Both the position numbers and the translations under genes were made by a program. From NCBI GenBank assembly GCA_009602725.1, contig WELB01000016.1, positions 151,149 to 215,148 of the forward strand: a DNA stretch of 64,000 nt, written 5' to 3'. How positions within the stretch are numbered: position 1 is the stretch's first letter; each line of letters opens with the position of its first letter. The DNA comes from Spirogloea muscicola (Eukaryota). Positions 12,770 to 23,546 of the stretch are shown here, piece by piece. Below the pieces are notes generated by a model. It did not search any database. It saw only the letters and a list, made by a program, of their open reading frames with translations, and had not been told where the DNA came from.

Positions 12770-13990
12770 CTTTTTTGGGCTGGCCATCGCTCACAATAAA
12801 AGACAGCGCTTCCAGATTTACTGGTGGCTGTGAGAGGCCCGCCCAAAAGAATGGACAAGGAAGGTCTGGAGGGGCCGGATGGCGCAAAAAGCAAGAAGCA
12901 AGATATTAAGTGCTAAGACGGCAGCAAGGAAATTGCTCGCCCCTAGAAACAGAGGGGCTAGCAAAGCCAGCCCAGAAAAGAATGGACAATATTCAAGGGC
13001 CATAGAAAGGTGCCGAAAAGAAAAAAAGAAGAGCAAGGGGGGGCGCTCAGTAACCTCGAGTCAGCAAGTGCAAGTCAGAGTAAACAGCAGAAATCCACTA
13101 TTGGAAACTCTTTCGCTCTTTGGACGTTGCTCATTCTTCTGTGGGCTCTTGCGCTCTGTTTCTTCTGCTTAGCTCGTAGTTTGGCCCCTTCGAACTTTGT
13201 CAATTCTTTTCGGGCTGGCTTCTCACAGCCCTTGCCCCCATTGGGAGAGCCACTTCTTCTTCTTCGTTCTTCTTGCGCCTCCTACTCTTCCCAACCTTGT
13301 CCATGCCTTCTGGGCTGGCCTCTCCCACGGCGGGGAAGCAAGCGCGGCCAGATTAATTGGTGGCTGGGAGAGGCCAGCCCAAAGGAATGGACAAGGGGAG
13401 CGGACAGCGACCCACGACCGCCTTCGGGATGCGATGCATGGCATCCTTTTGGAGTCTGGCTTTTCGGTGCCCAGTCTCTCTGACCTCAGGCTGCTTAGCA
13501 GGGGTTACTGAGTGCTTCGTAGCTGCTTGATTTCCTTTTAGTGCTTGTTATTCTTCGTACTTCCCCTGGCCCCTTCTCGTCCTTTGTTCATTCTTTACTG
13601 AGTGGTCCATCCTCCCCCGTTCTGTCATAGCCTCTTCAGGCTATGGGAATGGCTATTGGCTATTCTTTTCGGGCTGGCTTCTCACAGCCCTTGGCCCCAT
13701 TGGGAGAGCCACTTCTTTTCTTAGCGGTTCCCCTGGCCCCTTCTCGTCCTTTGTTTATTCATTTTTGGGGCTGGCCTTTTCCAGCCCCTACCCTCAATGG
13801 GCGAGCCCTTCTTCTCGCAGCCAATCGATTCCTCAAAATCATCGCCATACTTTTTAAGAGCTGTTTCGTCGTCTCAAGCCCTCGCTCCCTTCTCTTTTTC
13901 TTTGAAGAAAGTGCTCGCCCATTGAGGATAGGGGCTGGAAAAGCCAGCCCAAAAAAAGGAGGAACAAACTGCTGCTTGCCCTTCACCAAG
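12770..13990. repeat. Cluster of short dispersed repeats in both orientations upstream of CRY-DASH, including a CRE-like ORF tip
   Basis: Repeated GGGCTGGCYTYTCACAGCC units with (CTT)n tails. ORF 13197-13511 ends in ...LRLLSRGY*, matching the C-terminus of the CRE-like copies. Confidence 0.75.
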
Positions 13991-14199
13991 ATATCGTTAC
14001 GTGGCCCCGCTTACTAACCCCGTGGCTCGCGCGGCACAGTTGGCTCAGTCATGACTGAGCTCAACTCGCGTCATCGTCAAAGTCGCCGTCACTACGTCAG
14101 CACCTCCTGCCAGCGGGCTAGCGGTCCGCTCGGCCGACCCCGTCCTTGCTGGTCAACGGCCCCGGGTCGCTGATTCCCGGCTTTGGACGCCAGAGCCAG

Positions 14200-15030
14200 A
14201 GTCAGCCCCGCTGACCTGCAAAGTGGGTTTCCGTCGCAAGGGGCCACGTGGGCCTCATCGAGCTCCGCTGCTCCGAAGCTGGGCGAGCGCTCAATGGTGA
14301 GGGGGATCGCATGTGTCTGCCGTCTGGTATTGGGGCCTAGTCAACCTATGAGCAGTTACCGGATGTGCAGTAAGCGGGTAGGTAATGCAACATGCGAACC
14401 TTCTTCACACGTGTCCGGCGTCATGCCCGTTACCAACAAATACGGCAAGCCTTACCTGCGGCGTCCAGACCTCTCTGCCGACCCCCAGAGCGATGGGCCT
14501 CTCCTCCTCCTCGACATTGTACGCTTTTAAAGCGGGAGCACCCATGTCGCTGTGCCTGGCTGGGCAACAACCCGCTCCAAGCACAAAAAGGAGGGGCATT
14601 ACGAGGCCCACCACGAGGGGACCACTTCTATGCGTGACGCTATGGACGTGTACTACGGCTATGGTAAGAGATGGTCCTTTGACCTTCAGCATGTGGCCCA
14701 GCTGGTTAACACGCCTTGTCGCAGTCGGGGGGGGGGCAGCTTGAGGCACACCAGCAAACCGCAGAGGCATCGGATGCACCTTACAAAATGCATCGCTCTC
14801 TGCAACGCTTACAAGATTTGGCTATTCATTGCATGCCGGAAGCACTCTAAGTCAGGCCACTGGCTTCCGTGGCGGTGCTCCAGCTCCCAAAGTGTCTGTC
14901 CCATATTCTGTGTGCTCACTCAGGGGTACTGATGTCTTCCTTCAGCCGGCTTTTGCACTGATACCTCAGCTCTTTTGTTAACATAGAGCTTTGCTCTTTG
15001 TAGCCCCATTCTTAGCACTTGCCCTTGTAT
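14200..15030 (+). mobile_element. Decayed 5'-truncated CRE-like (RLE-type) non-LTR retrotransposon
   Basis: Degenerate Zn-knuckle-like C..GRALNGEGD..C, then RRPDL...LLLDI...VPGWA...KKEGHY...AMDVYYGYG (PD-D..K..Y restriction-like endonuclease), LQRLQDLAIH and VLTQGY*. Interrupted by stops and frameshifts. Confidence 0.7.
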
Positions 15031-16029
15031 CAAAAAAGTAATGGTTTGAACAGCTCGCTGCTGACTGCAAGCTCGCCCGCTTTGACAGTGCAAGCCGACT
15101 CAAGTCTTCCGGCCAGGTGCATACGACTGCAAGGTGCTGCAGCAGGCCATTCTCGCTAGTGCTGGCCCTTCTTATTGTACAAGTTTGTACCAATTTGTTT
15201 GTGGTGTTTGTCTTTTTACGGTTCCCTGCAGGTGCTTATAGGCTTGGGCTTTTCGAAAGTCTACAGTTTGAGGTTCTTTGGACATCCAGTTTCTGCTATA
15301 CTGTTCCAGACTAGCCAATAAGCTCCCTGCATCCATACTAGTGCCGATAGCCAACCCCACGCATGTCCAGCAAGATCAAGTAATGAAGGAAAATCATAGG
15401 ACGGTCTGACGAATTCCACAAATAGTCAGCGACGCGCAATCAGTAGTACGATGCCATTGAGAAAGGAAGCCAGCACCCGGACAATAGCAACTGAAATGGA
15501 AGTTTCAAAGGGCGGCAGAACAGCTCACTTAAGTCAAAGCGACTTGATGACTAGCTCCAGCTCGAAATACAACCTACAAATGTAGATACTGTACACAATC
15601 CCGTCGACTAACAGCAACATGCTTCAAATGATTTCAATGAGCATTTGCTGTAGACCTGCTGTAGACGGCAGCCCATCCTTTCCCCATGTATGGACGGATG
15701 GTATTACTGCTGCAATTTCAATAGAGAGAGAGAAGGCGCGCTCTGCGCTTTAATTAGAGGGAGGCCAAGCAAGCCAGTAAACTGCACAGAGGAACAAAGA
15801 GAACTTAACATGGCCTAAGGCAACAAAACGAAAAAACACAAGTGTTGGGGGACTTTAGTACCCACGAGTGAGCATGGATGTATCGTTCCATCGTTTGTGA
15901 GCGCCAACCAGCGCTGTTGATGTAACATGATTGGAAAGTTGCGAGCGAGTTCCAACATGCTTACCCGTACTATGAGGCCGTCAGGCTCATACGCTCATAC
16001 GCACGGACATTTATGTGCCGTTCCGCACT

Positions 16030-16560
16030 CGTCCCATTCTCGTCCTTGGTCGACATGGTCTTGCCAGGTGACCCTCAGTGGGTCCAGCACATTGGCAGGT
16101 GGCTCTCGGTGAGTCCACACACGGCCCAGGTGGTCCTTCAAGTGCCTTCACCTGGTCCTTAGGTGGTCCTCAGGCCCTCAGGGCCCTGACGGCACCTTTG
16201 GCGGCAGTAGCTCTGTCGCTAGCCGCTTGGCAGCAAACGCGTGTCGTGTTACTCTCGTGCGGCCCATCACTCGCGGGGTGGGCCTTTGGGCAACCCCCAC
16301 ACCCTGGAGGGAGGGGGCACGGAGAAGCACTACAAGGATCGGCCGAGAGACCCGGCTGAGGGAGCTCGGAATGGTAAAGCCCAAAGAGGCGCAGTACTGC
16401 TGCTGCCTGCTTCGCAGCCCGTCGCCGCAGCTCGCTTTCGGCTTGCTACGAAGCGTCCGTGGCTGGCCCTTGATGGGCTAGTTGCTGACTAGTGCCCAGG
16501 AGGTGGGCCTGCTGCCTGACGGCTGCACCACAGGGCGCAGTCTTTGATTGCGCTAAAGCG
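16030..16560 (+). mobile_element. Highly decayed CRE-like retrotransposon fragment
   Basis: GRWLSVSP and GWA...GTEKHYKDRP segments resemble the other RLE copies (GWATT...ERHYKDH). Confidence 0.45.
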
Positions 16561-16574
16561 CTAGTGCTTCATTG

Positions 16575-16710
16575 TTTAGGAGAACAGCACTTCCAAATTG
16601 ACTGGTGGCTGTGAGAGGCCCGCCCAAAGAAATGGACAAGTTCTGGAGGGGCCGGATGGCGTAAAAAGCAAGACACTAATGGCTAAGCCGGCAGCAAGGG
16701 GGCTAGGAGG
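16575..16710. repeat. Dispersed repeat (CRE-like 3' UTR family)
   Basis: Closely similar to 12800-12930 (ctggtggctgtgagaggcccgcccaaa...ctggaggggccggatggcg...gctaag.cggcagcaagg). Confidence 0.75.
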
Positions 16711-19624
16711 TTTGCTCCTAAACCCCCTATGTCGGAATTGGACCAGGACCAGGATTTTTTGATTCTGTGTACAGAAGCAGGTCACTATACGCGGTCTCGC
16801 TGGTCATCATCAGCGAGAGGTTGAATGTCAGCACGAGAAGACCCCATCCCCCGCCAATGGATAGGCCAGTGGCAATAATACTGCATCATTGCCTGCCGAC
16901 TGATGCTGACGCGCCACATCAGCTCGCGACCGTAGATGTTGTGACAGGCAGCATGCACACACACACAGCTTCTGCTATTGTGCCCTCAGCGAGGAGTTTC
17001 GAGGCAAATGATTGAGGCATTGGTGCATCGAGATGGATACGATGTACAATATGGCGGGAGCTTGGGTAATAAAGACGACAGATCCGAGCATGGCGACCCT
17101 ACCCGCCGCTTAGTGCCTGTCGCTTCGCTTTCGCTCAACTTGCCAAGCCACAACGAAGGTGGAGACAAGCACCTGGTCAGGCCAGGTGGCCGTTGCGTTA
17201 GGCAACACTTCGACCCGCCAGCTTCTCGTGGCCCGCTTGCAGAGGAGCACATGACATTCAGAGGCGGCTGTGCAAGCCAGCCGAGCAGACACACAGAGTA
17301 TCGGGAGAGCATCAACACTCCGCCACAAAAAGCTGGCACGGACGGGAGCGGCGACCATCGCCCGACTCTTGCAATCCGCATGTACTGGGTGGATGGACAG
17401 GCCGCTCGCCGAGTCTGCTGGCCCATCAGCCGGGCGTGGTGGGCGCACAAGCCCCGATGCGACGAACTCCCGGCGCCTCCCCGCTGGCGGTGCCGCCCAA
17501 GGCGGGGCGTGTCAAGGGGCCCCCGCTGAGTGGGCTCCTTCCTGCTCGAGAAGCTAGAGGATCTGAGCTAGAGAAATCAAGTTCCGCTGTCATATCCTTC
17601 TCCCCACTGAATACACGGCCGGGCAACGAGGGAGGTGGCTTCGGGGGCCGCTGCAGGCCCAGCGGGGGGGAGTGGCCCGCGACTGGCGCCGGGTCCTCCG
17701 GAGATTCCGCATGCGGCCCCGTCGTCGCCCCGCGGGGCATCAGCCCCGCCCTGCTCGGGGCATCCACTCCCTCCCCTCCTCACGGATCATCAGATGTGCT
17801 TGCCTATGTACTTGGCCATTCTAGCCTTCGCTTATTCCAGATACACGAGACTCTCACAGCCATTGCCCCAGGGTATGCACTGCCATTTGCCTTTACAGTG
17901 CAGTGGCTTGATGGCCACTCTCTCACTTCAAGCGCACTGCGCGCCTTCTCTCTTCACGCCAGAATGATGCATTGGCTCGAAACGGCCTCGCCATTACATT
18001 CGCACCGCGCGCGCCCTCACTTGCTGGGGGCTCTTCCCTCCTGCCCGCTCGCCTGCCGGCGCAGACCGCCCCGCCCTCCGCCGCGCCTCTCGGGCTCCTC
18101 CAGGCCGCCCCCCTGCCGGCGCCAGCCAGCCCCGCCCTGCCCCCGCGCGCTCCCAGAACCTCCATGATCAGCCAGCTCCTCATCAGCACCGAGCAGATTG
18201 ACAATGATTAGTAGCTTGCTAAGGTTCACAACATTGACTTGTGCAACAATCCCTATGAGGACCTTAATGTCAGCAATGTCGCTCGGCTCAAATTTCGAGT
18301 CCACGTCCTTTCCCCCAGGACTAGACTCTCACAAGCATTTTGTTGATATTCTGGGGTCTTTTGAAACAGAGACTTTGACGAGCTGTCCCACTATAAGCGC
18401 CACCAATGAGGGAATTCAGAGGTAAAAACAAACCTCAAAGCCCAATGTCAATGATGTACTCTTGAGTGACGACTCCAGCTTGGGGCCTGCTGCTGTCGTA
18501 GTTTGGTGATTCACGATTGAAATGTACTTGTTTTGGAGGTCTCCGGAGCATTGAGCTACGAGATCTATGAAAGTCGCGAGATCGGCATACGGCTGCTCAA
18601 GAAGTCGTGGCTTGCCGCCTCGGCACACCCGCGTTGGAGGGCAAGCAGCTTGTACTGGCACGTGAAGCAGGCGCTGAAGGCGACAAGGCTGGGGAGTGAG
18701 AGCCGACGAGGCCCGGGCGCGAAGGCATCTATGAAATCGTCTCGAGGTGATCGATGAACGCCGCCAGGCGAGGTGAGCCGCGCCGGATAAGGCTTCCTTG
18801 AAACCGGTGGATGGGACGGAGGCCAGTGGTGTGGGTTCCGCGATGGCCCCGTTCAGGCGACCATGGGGAGAAACAAAGTGGCTCTTCAAGGGGGGCGAGG
18901 GCTGTGAACAGCCCCTCTTCTCTATGGGCGCGCGCACTTGCTTCTTGTGAACAGCCGGAAAACTTGGTGGAGCTCGCCTTCTCCGACGGTGCTGGCCTTG
19001 GCGAGGGACCTCCGCGTGGCGGTCGCGGCCGTGGCGTCGCGGCGGCAGCCGGCCTCAGCGCTGACCCTGACGCTGACGTTGGCGATGACGTGGCGGCGAC
19101 GGCATCATTGGATGCGGACGGGCCGAGACCGGGGTGGGGCTGCCCCGCGACGGCGCCCGCTCGTCGGGAGCCCGACGACGGCGGCGCCGGGGCTGCTCGG
19201 CTCGGCGCGCCGGGGTCGCCAACCAGGGATCTCCGGTGTCACGTGTCAGGCGATGGGGCGCCCAGAGCGGGCTTCGCGCGCACGAGCGTCTGGGAGAGGC
19301 ATCTTCCGGGCGGAATCCTTACCCCGGCGGGCAGCGCCGGAGCGGCGGAGCTCGCTGCTCGGCGCGGAGCCGCCACGCGGCAGCCGGTGGTTGGGGACAA
19401 GGTTTGGCCCATCCCCGCGTCTTCCGGAGCGCCGCCCCGCGCCAAAACCCCGACTGAACCCCAGGTTAGTGCCCCCCCCCCCTCCTCCCCCCCCCCCCCC
19501 CCCCCCCCCTCCCCCCTCCCCCCCCCCCNCCCGGGGGTTGCACTTGGCCGCCCTTCTGTCCCCTTCACCCCTGCAGCTGCGCCTCCCTCCGGACCCCTCC
19601 CCGCGGCCGAGCGGCGGCGCGGCC

Positions 19625-22600
19625 ATGGCGCCCGCGATGGTGCTGGCGGCAGCGGCGTTGGCTTCGCTGCTCGCCGTGGCTCTGCAGCCCGACGGGGCCG
19701 CCGCCGCTGGTGAGCCCGCCGCTCGTCCCGGCACCCGGCTCAAAGCAGCTTCGGACAATGCAGCTCTGGGGGAGTCGCTGGTTGCCTGCGCCGACGCCAC
19801 AGGCGCCTAGTTGTGACCCCCGTGGCTCCTCCCTGTCTCGCTGGCTCTCCAGGCATGCACCCTCCGGGCGTGGGAAACCACCCGCCGGGCCCAAAAGAAG
19901 CCAAGCACCCTGGCCATGCCGGCAACCACCCACCTGGTGTCGGTCATCACCACTACAAGAACCCGTATCCTCGCCACCCGCCTGGCGTCGGCCACCACCC
20001 GCCGGGCGTCGGAGGCCACGCCGTTACCAACCAGCCTCCTTCGCCTCCCCACGTCCGTCCCAAATTTCGTACGTGCACCAGTCTATCTTTCTCAGGACGG
20101 CCTGTTGACTGTAGCTGAGACCTATGCATGCGGTCCTGCGACAGACTTCTCAGCAGCAAGGACGTCCATAAGAGGATCGGACAGCCTGCTGTAACCGTAG
20201 CTGTTCTGGGGTTTATAGTAAGAGGTTGGCCCCTCGTGAATGACGCTGGCATTGGCAAGCTGAGAGCTTGGCACCTTCACGAGTGGCCGCCCTTTTCTCG
20301 GATGACATTGCCAGTGCCTTTGACACTGGCATCGAGGTATGAGGGCTTGCTTGTGGTCAGCTGGGAGCTGAGGGCTCTTGGGCCGTGGCTGACGTGCGAG
20401 ACTCGCGTCGTCTCCCCGTTGCTTGCAGCACCCAGCTCACCACCTCCGCCGCCCGTCCCTCCTTCCCCTCCGCTCCCACCACCTGCTCCGCCTACACCCC
20501 CCGGCAAGGTCGGCCCTCCGCCACCCCCAGTGGTCATCAAGGTCGGGCCGCCTCCGCCTCCGGTGAAGGCCGGGCCGCCGCCGCCTCCCTTGAAGGCTGG
20601 CCCACCGCCACCCCCCATCAAGGCCGGCCCTCCGCCGCCCCCAGTGACCTCCTTCAAGGCACCCCCTCCCCCACCTCCCGCAAAGGCTGGCCCCCCACCC
20701 CCCCCCTCCCCCCCGGGAACTGTGGTGTCACCTCCGCCAGTGGCAACTCTGACTCCTCCCACGCCCGTGGTGCCTGGGACGCCGGTGACCCCTGGCACGC
20801 CTGTGGGCACGCCCGTCACTCCTGGTGTACCGACGCCTGTGGCGAGCCCCCCACCGGGCACTCCACTCAGCTCACCACCTCCGGTCGCAGTGGCCTCCCC
20901 TCCGCCTGTCATAGCGGCCAGCCCACCCCCTCCAGTACCCATTGCTCCTCCTCTCCCTTCTCCGCCTCCTGGGACTCCACTCAGCTCCTCGCCGCCTCCT
21001 CTCGCCTCCCCACCTCCGCCATCACCTCCACCACCTTCCCCGCCGCCCCCGCCTCCTCCGCCGGCTCCCGACTCGCCACCTCCACCACCAAGCCCCAACC
21101 CACCTCCCAATCCGCCTCCCAATCCACCTGGCTTCAGTGAGTCAACCACCAGCTTCAACCCCAGAATGTGCTGGTCAAATTGTTTCTTGACTACAGAGAT
21201 TCCTCTCCACTCAAATGCACTGTGCCATCTTTGATCTCTGAAGTGCCATGTTGAAGTGCTGCACACAAGCCGTCTCCTGCATTTAAGATAACTGCTGCTG
21301 ACATTGCACCTGGTTTGCTCGTCATATCTGCAGCGTGCATGGGAAATCCATGTGCACAAGGGACAGTCGCTGACCCCAATTCAGTGTGCACTCCTATCCC
21401 GGGTGCCGGACCTGGCGAACCTGGATTCACATGCGCCTGCTCCCCAGGATTCGTTTCAGTCACGGGGGAAGGCAATGCTTGCGGTAAGTGCAGTTTGCGT
21501 ATCTGTAGTATGTTATTGGTTAGAACGAGATTCCATCATTGTGCACTATCAATATCTGAAGGCTGTCGATCGTGAATGCAGACAAACCATGTGCTACCAA
21601 CCCCTGCAACACACAGGACAAGAATGCCAAGTGCACGAACGATCCCAACCAGCCCAACGGTTACAACTGCACATCTTCTACAGGCTACATTGCTAATGCA
21701 GATCTATCACAATGTGGTGAGCCACTGTGCTTGTCCATTGAAACGATGTGAGCTGATTGAGCTGCCTCTTCTTGCAGCCATACTCTTGTTCAATGTTGGC
21801 AGGGTTGTTGTTTCCTGACTGCTTCTTGACTGCCTTGCTTGTGTCTGCCAGCTGTCAACCAGCCATGCAACGACCCGAACCTTTGCGTACCTGGCTCCAA
21901 CAACCTAGGCTGCTGCCAGAAGTATGGCGACACTGCAGCTACTTGTTCAGCCAAGGGCTCTAGCGATTACACCTGCACGTGCTCCGCCGGTTACACCTTC
22001 GGTCAAACAACGCCGGGTGATGGGTGTGTCGGTAAGTGCTATGTAGTGAGTCGTACTTGTATTTAGAGAATGTATTATTATGCCGTTGGTGTACTTAGCC
22101 TTCAACCTCAAGACTTCACAGCTGCCTCTATTACAAGGGCTGACTCACAATGCGCGTCCTGCATTTGACCCCCCATAGTCTTACCTCTGGTGTCTGTGCC
22201 CCTGGGGCTTGCAGACGCGTCGACGCCAACACTTACTATTATGCCATCGACTATCAGCATCTGGGACTCTCTCAACTCCCTCAACTTTGGCCAAATTGAC
22301 TTCTGCACCAACAACCCCTGTGCTCCATACAGCACAACCATCACTGCGGCCACGGATGCTCATAACAATGACTATCTTCACAACTGCAATCCGGCCTTCT
22401 ATGCCATCCCAACAACAGCTTGCATTGATAACAGCACGGCGGATGGTTTTACAAGTACTGCAATCATCAATGGTGCGACCATCACTGGCCTTGTACAGTG
22501 GGGTCTTAAAACCACTACGCCAGCCAAGGTGACCGACTTGTCATTGCAGCCAAACCAGGCCTTGTTGACAACGTCTGTGACAGGTATTCCTCGCCGCCTG

Positions 22601-23546
22601 CCCCTCTCTCTGTGCCAGTGTGCACATTGAAGATGCCGCCAAATGCCAAGTATTATTTAGTTGTCCTATTTATTATTGTAGCATATTCAGCTATGGTGTG
22701 CCTGCTTATTTAGGAGTAAGACGAGCATGGTACTGCTCAAAGGTTGCTTGGCCCATGGTTCGCAAAATGATGGAAAGAATCTGCTCCTGCTGTTGAGATG
22801 ACCGGCGAGATGAAGCTCCATTCTCTGTCCAGATTGCTTTTGCATGCTTCTTGCCTGAAGAGGACCTCTTGCTCATGCCAGTCCAGAGCTCATGCAGGTT
22901 ATGCTGACTACGGCACGACGGGTGTGGGTGTGTCGGCACAATTTTACCTGGCGACTTCTCCTGCTACTGATGCCACTCGGCCAGGGTCAAAAGCGATCAA
23001 TGCAATCTTCAACAACAACAACCAATCAGCAGATGCTAGCAAGTGCGCGCTGTCAATCACTGGGAGTTCACCAGTGTGGCGCTTCTACCAGGGCACCCCT
23101 GTAGTCCCAGCGCCCATCTATGCGGTTGGCGTCCTGACTTCCACAACTGCCAACCTTGGTACATACCAGATATATGTTGGCACCAACAAAAACCAGCCGG
23201 ACGGGGCTGGCAATGCTCTGTGTGGCGGTGCTTCGCCATCGCCCGACTTGCCTGGCCAATTTGGGGAGCTTGTGCGACTTTGCACACCAGCGCCAGCCTC
23301 CACAACTGTTCAGCCAACATACCTTCCTGGACCATACGTCCATGTTGTTGCTCCTGGTGCCGGACGCACTTTGGAGCTATGCAAAGTATCAATCTTTGTT
23401 GAGTGTAAGCGGACATCCTCAGAGTCTCTGCTCTCTTAACTGCAAAATTGCTAGTCGATGATGCTGATGCTTGACAGCGTGAGAACTGCTACTTGTTCTT
23501 AACTTGGTTCCTTCTTGTTGCAGACCCACCGCCACCATCTGCCTAG
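19625..23546 (+). CDS. Secreted mosaic cell-wall protein (~790 aa): signal peptide, HPPGVG repeats, extensin-like Pro-rich rod, EGF-like repeats, F-type lectin/F5-8C-like domain
   Basis: Nine exons join in one open frame with GT-AG introns: 19625-19709, 19853-20068, 20429-21136, 21334-21483, 21582-21716, 21852-22031, 22215-22583, 22898-23404, 23524-23546. Motifs: signal MAPAMVLAAAALASLLAVAL; SPPPP and KAGPPPPP; C..NPC...C...(F/Y).C.C..G(F/Y)...C; C-terminal SKAIN...C...PVW...YVG...N.LC...GPYVHVV.PG..RTLELCKVSIF. Confidence 0.8.

Noticed and set aside
12770..13990. CRISPR-like array of repeats
   Set aside because: Repeats are divergent, irregularly spaced and in both orientations, there are no cas genes, and they are explained as retrotransposon 3' ends.
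20277..21359. Gly-rich 360-aa minus-strand ORF
   Set aside because: It is the antisense shadow of the Pro-rich exon, which has a signal peptide and splice sites on the plus strand.
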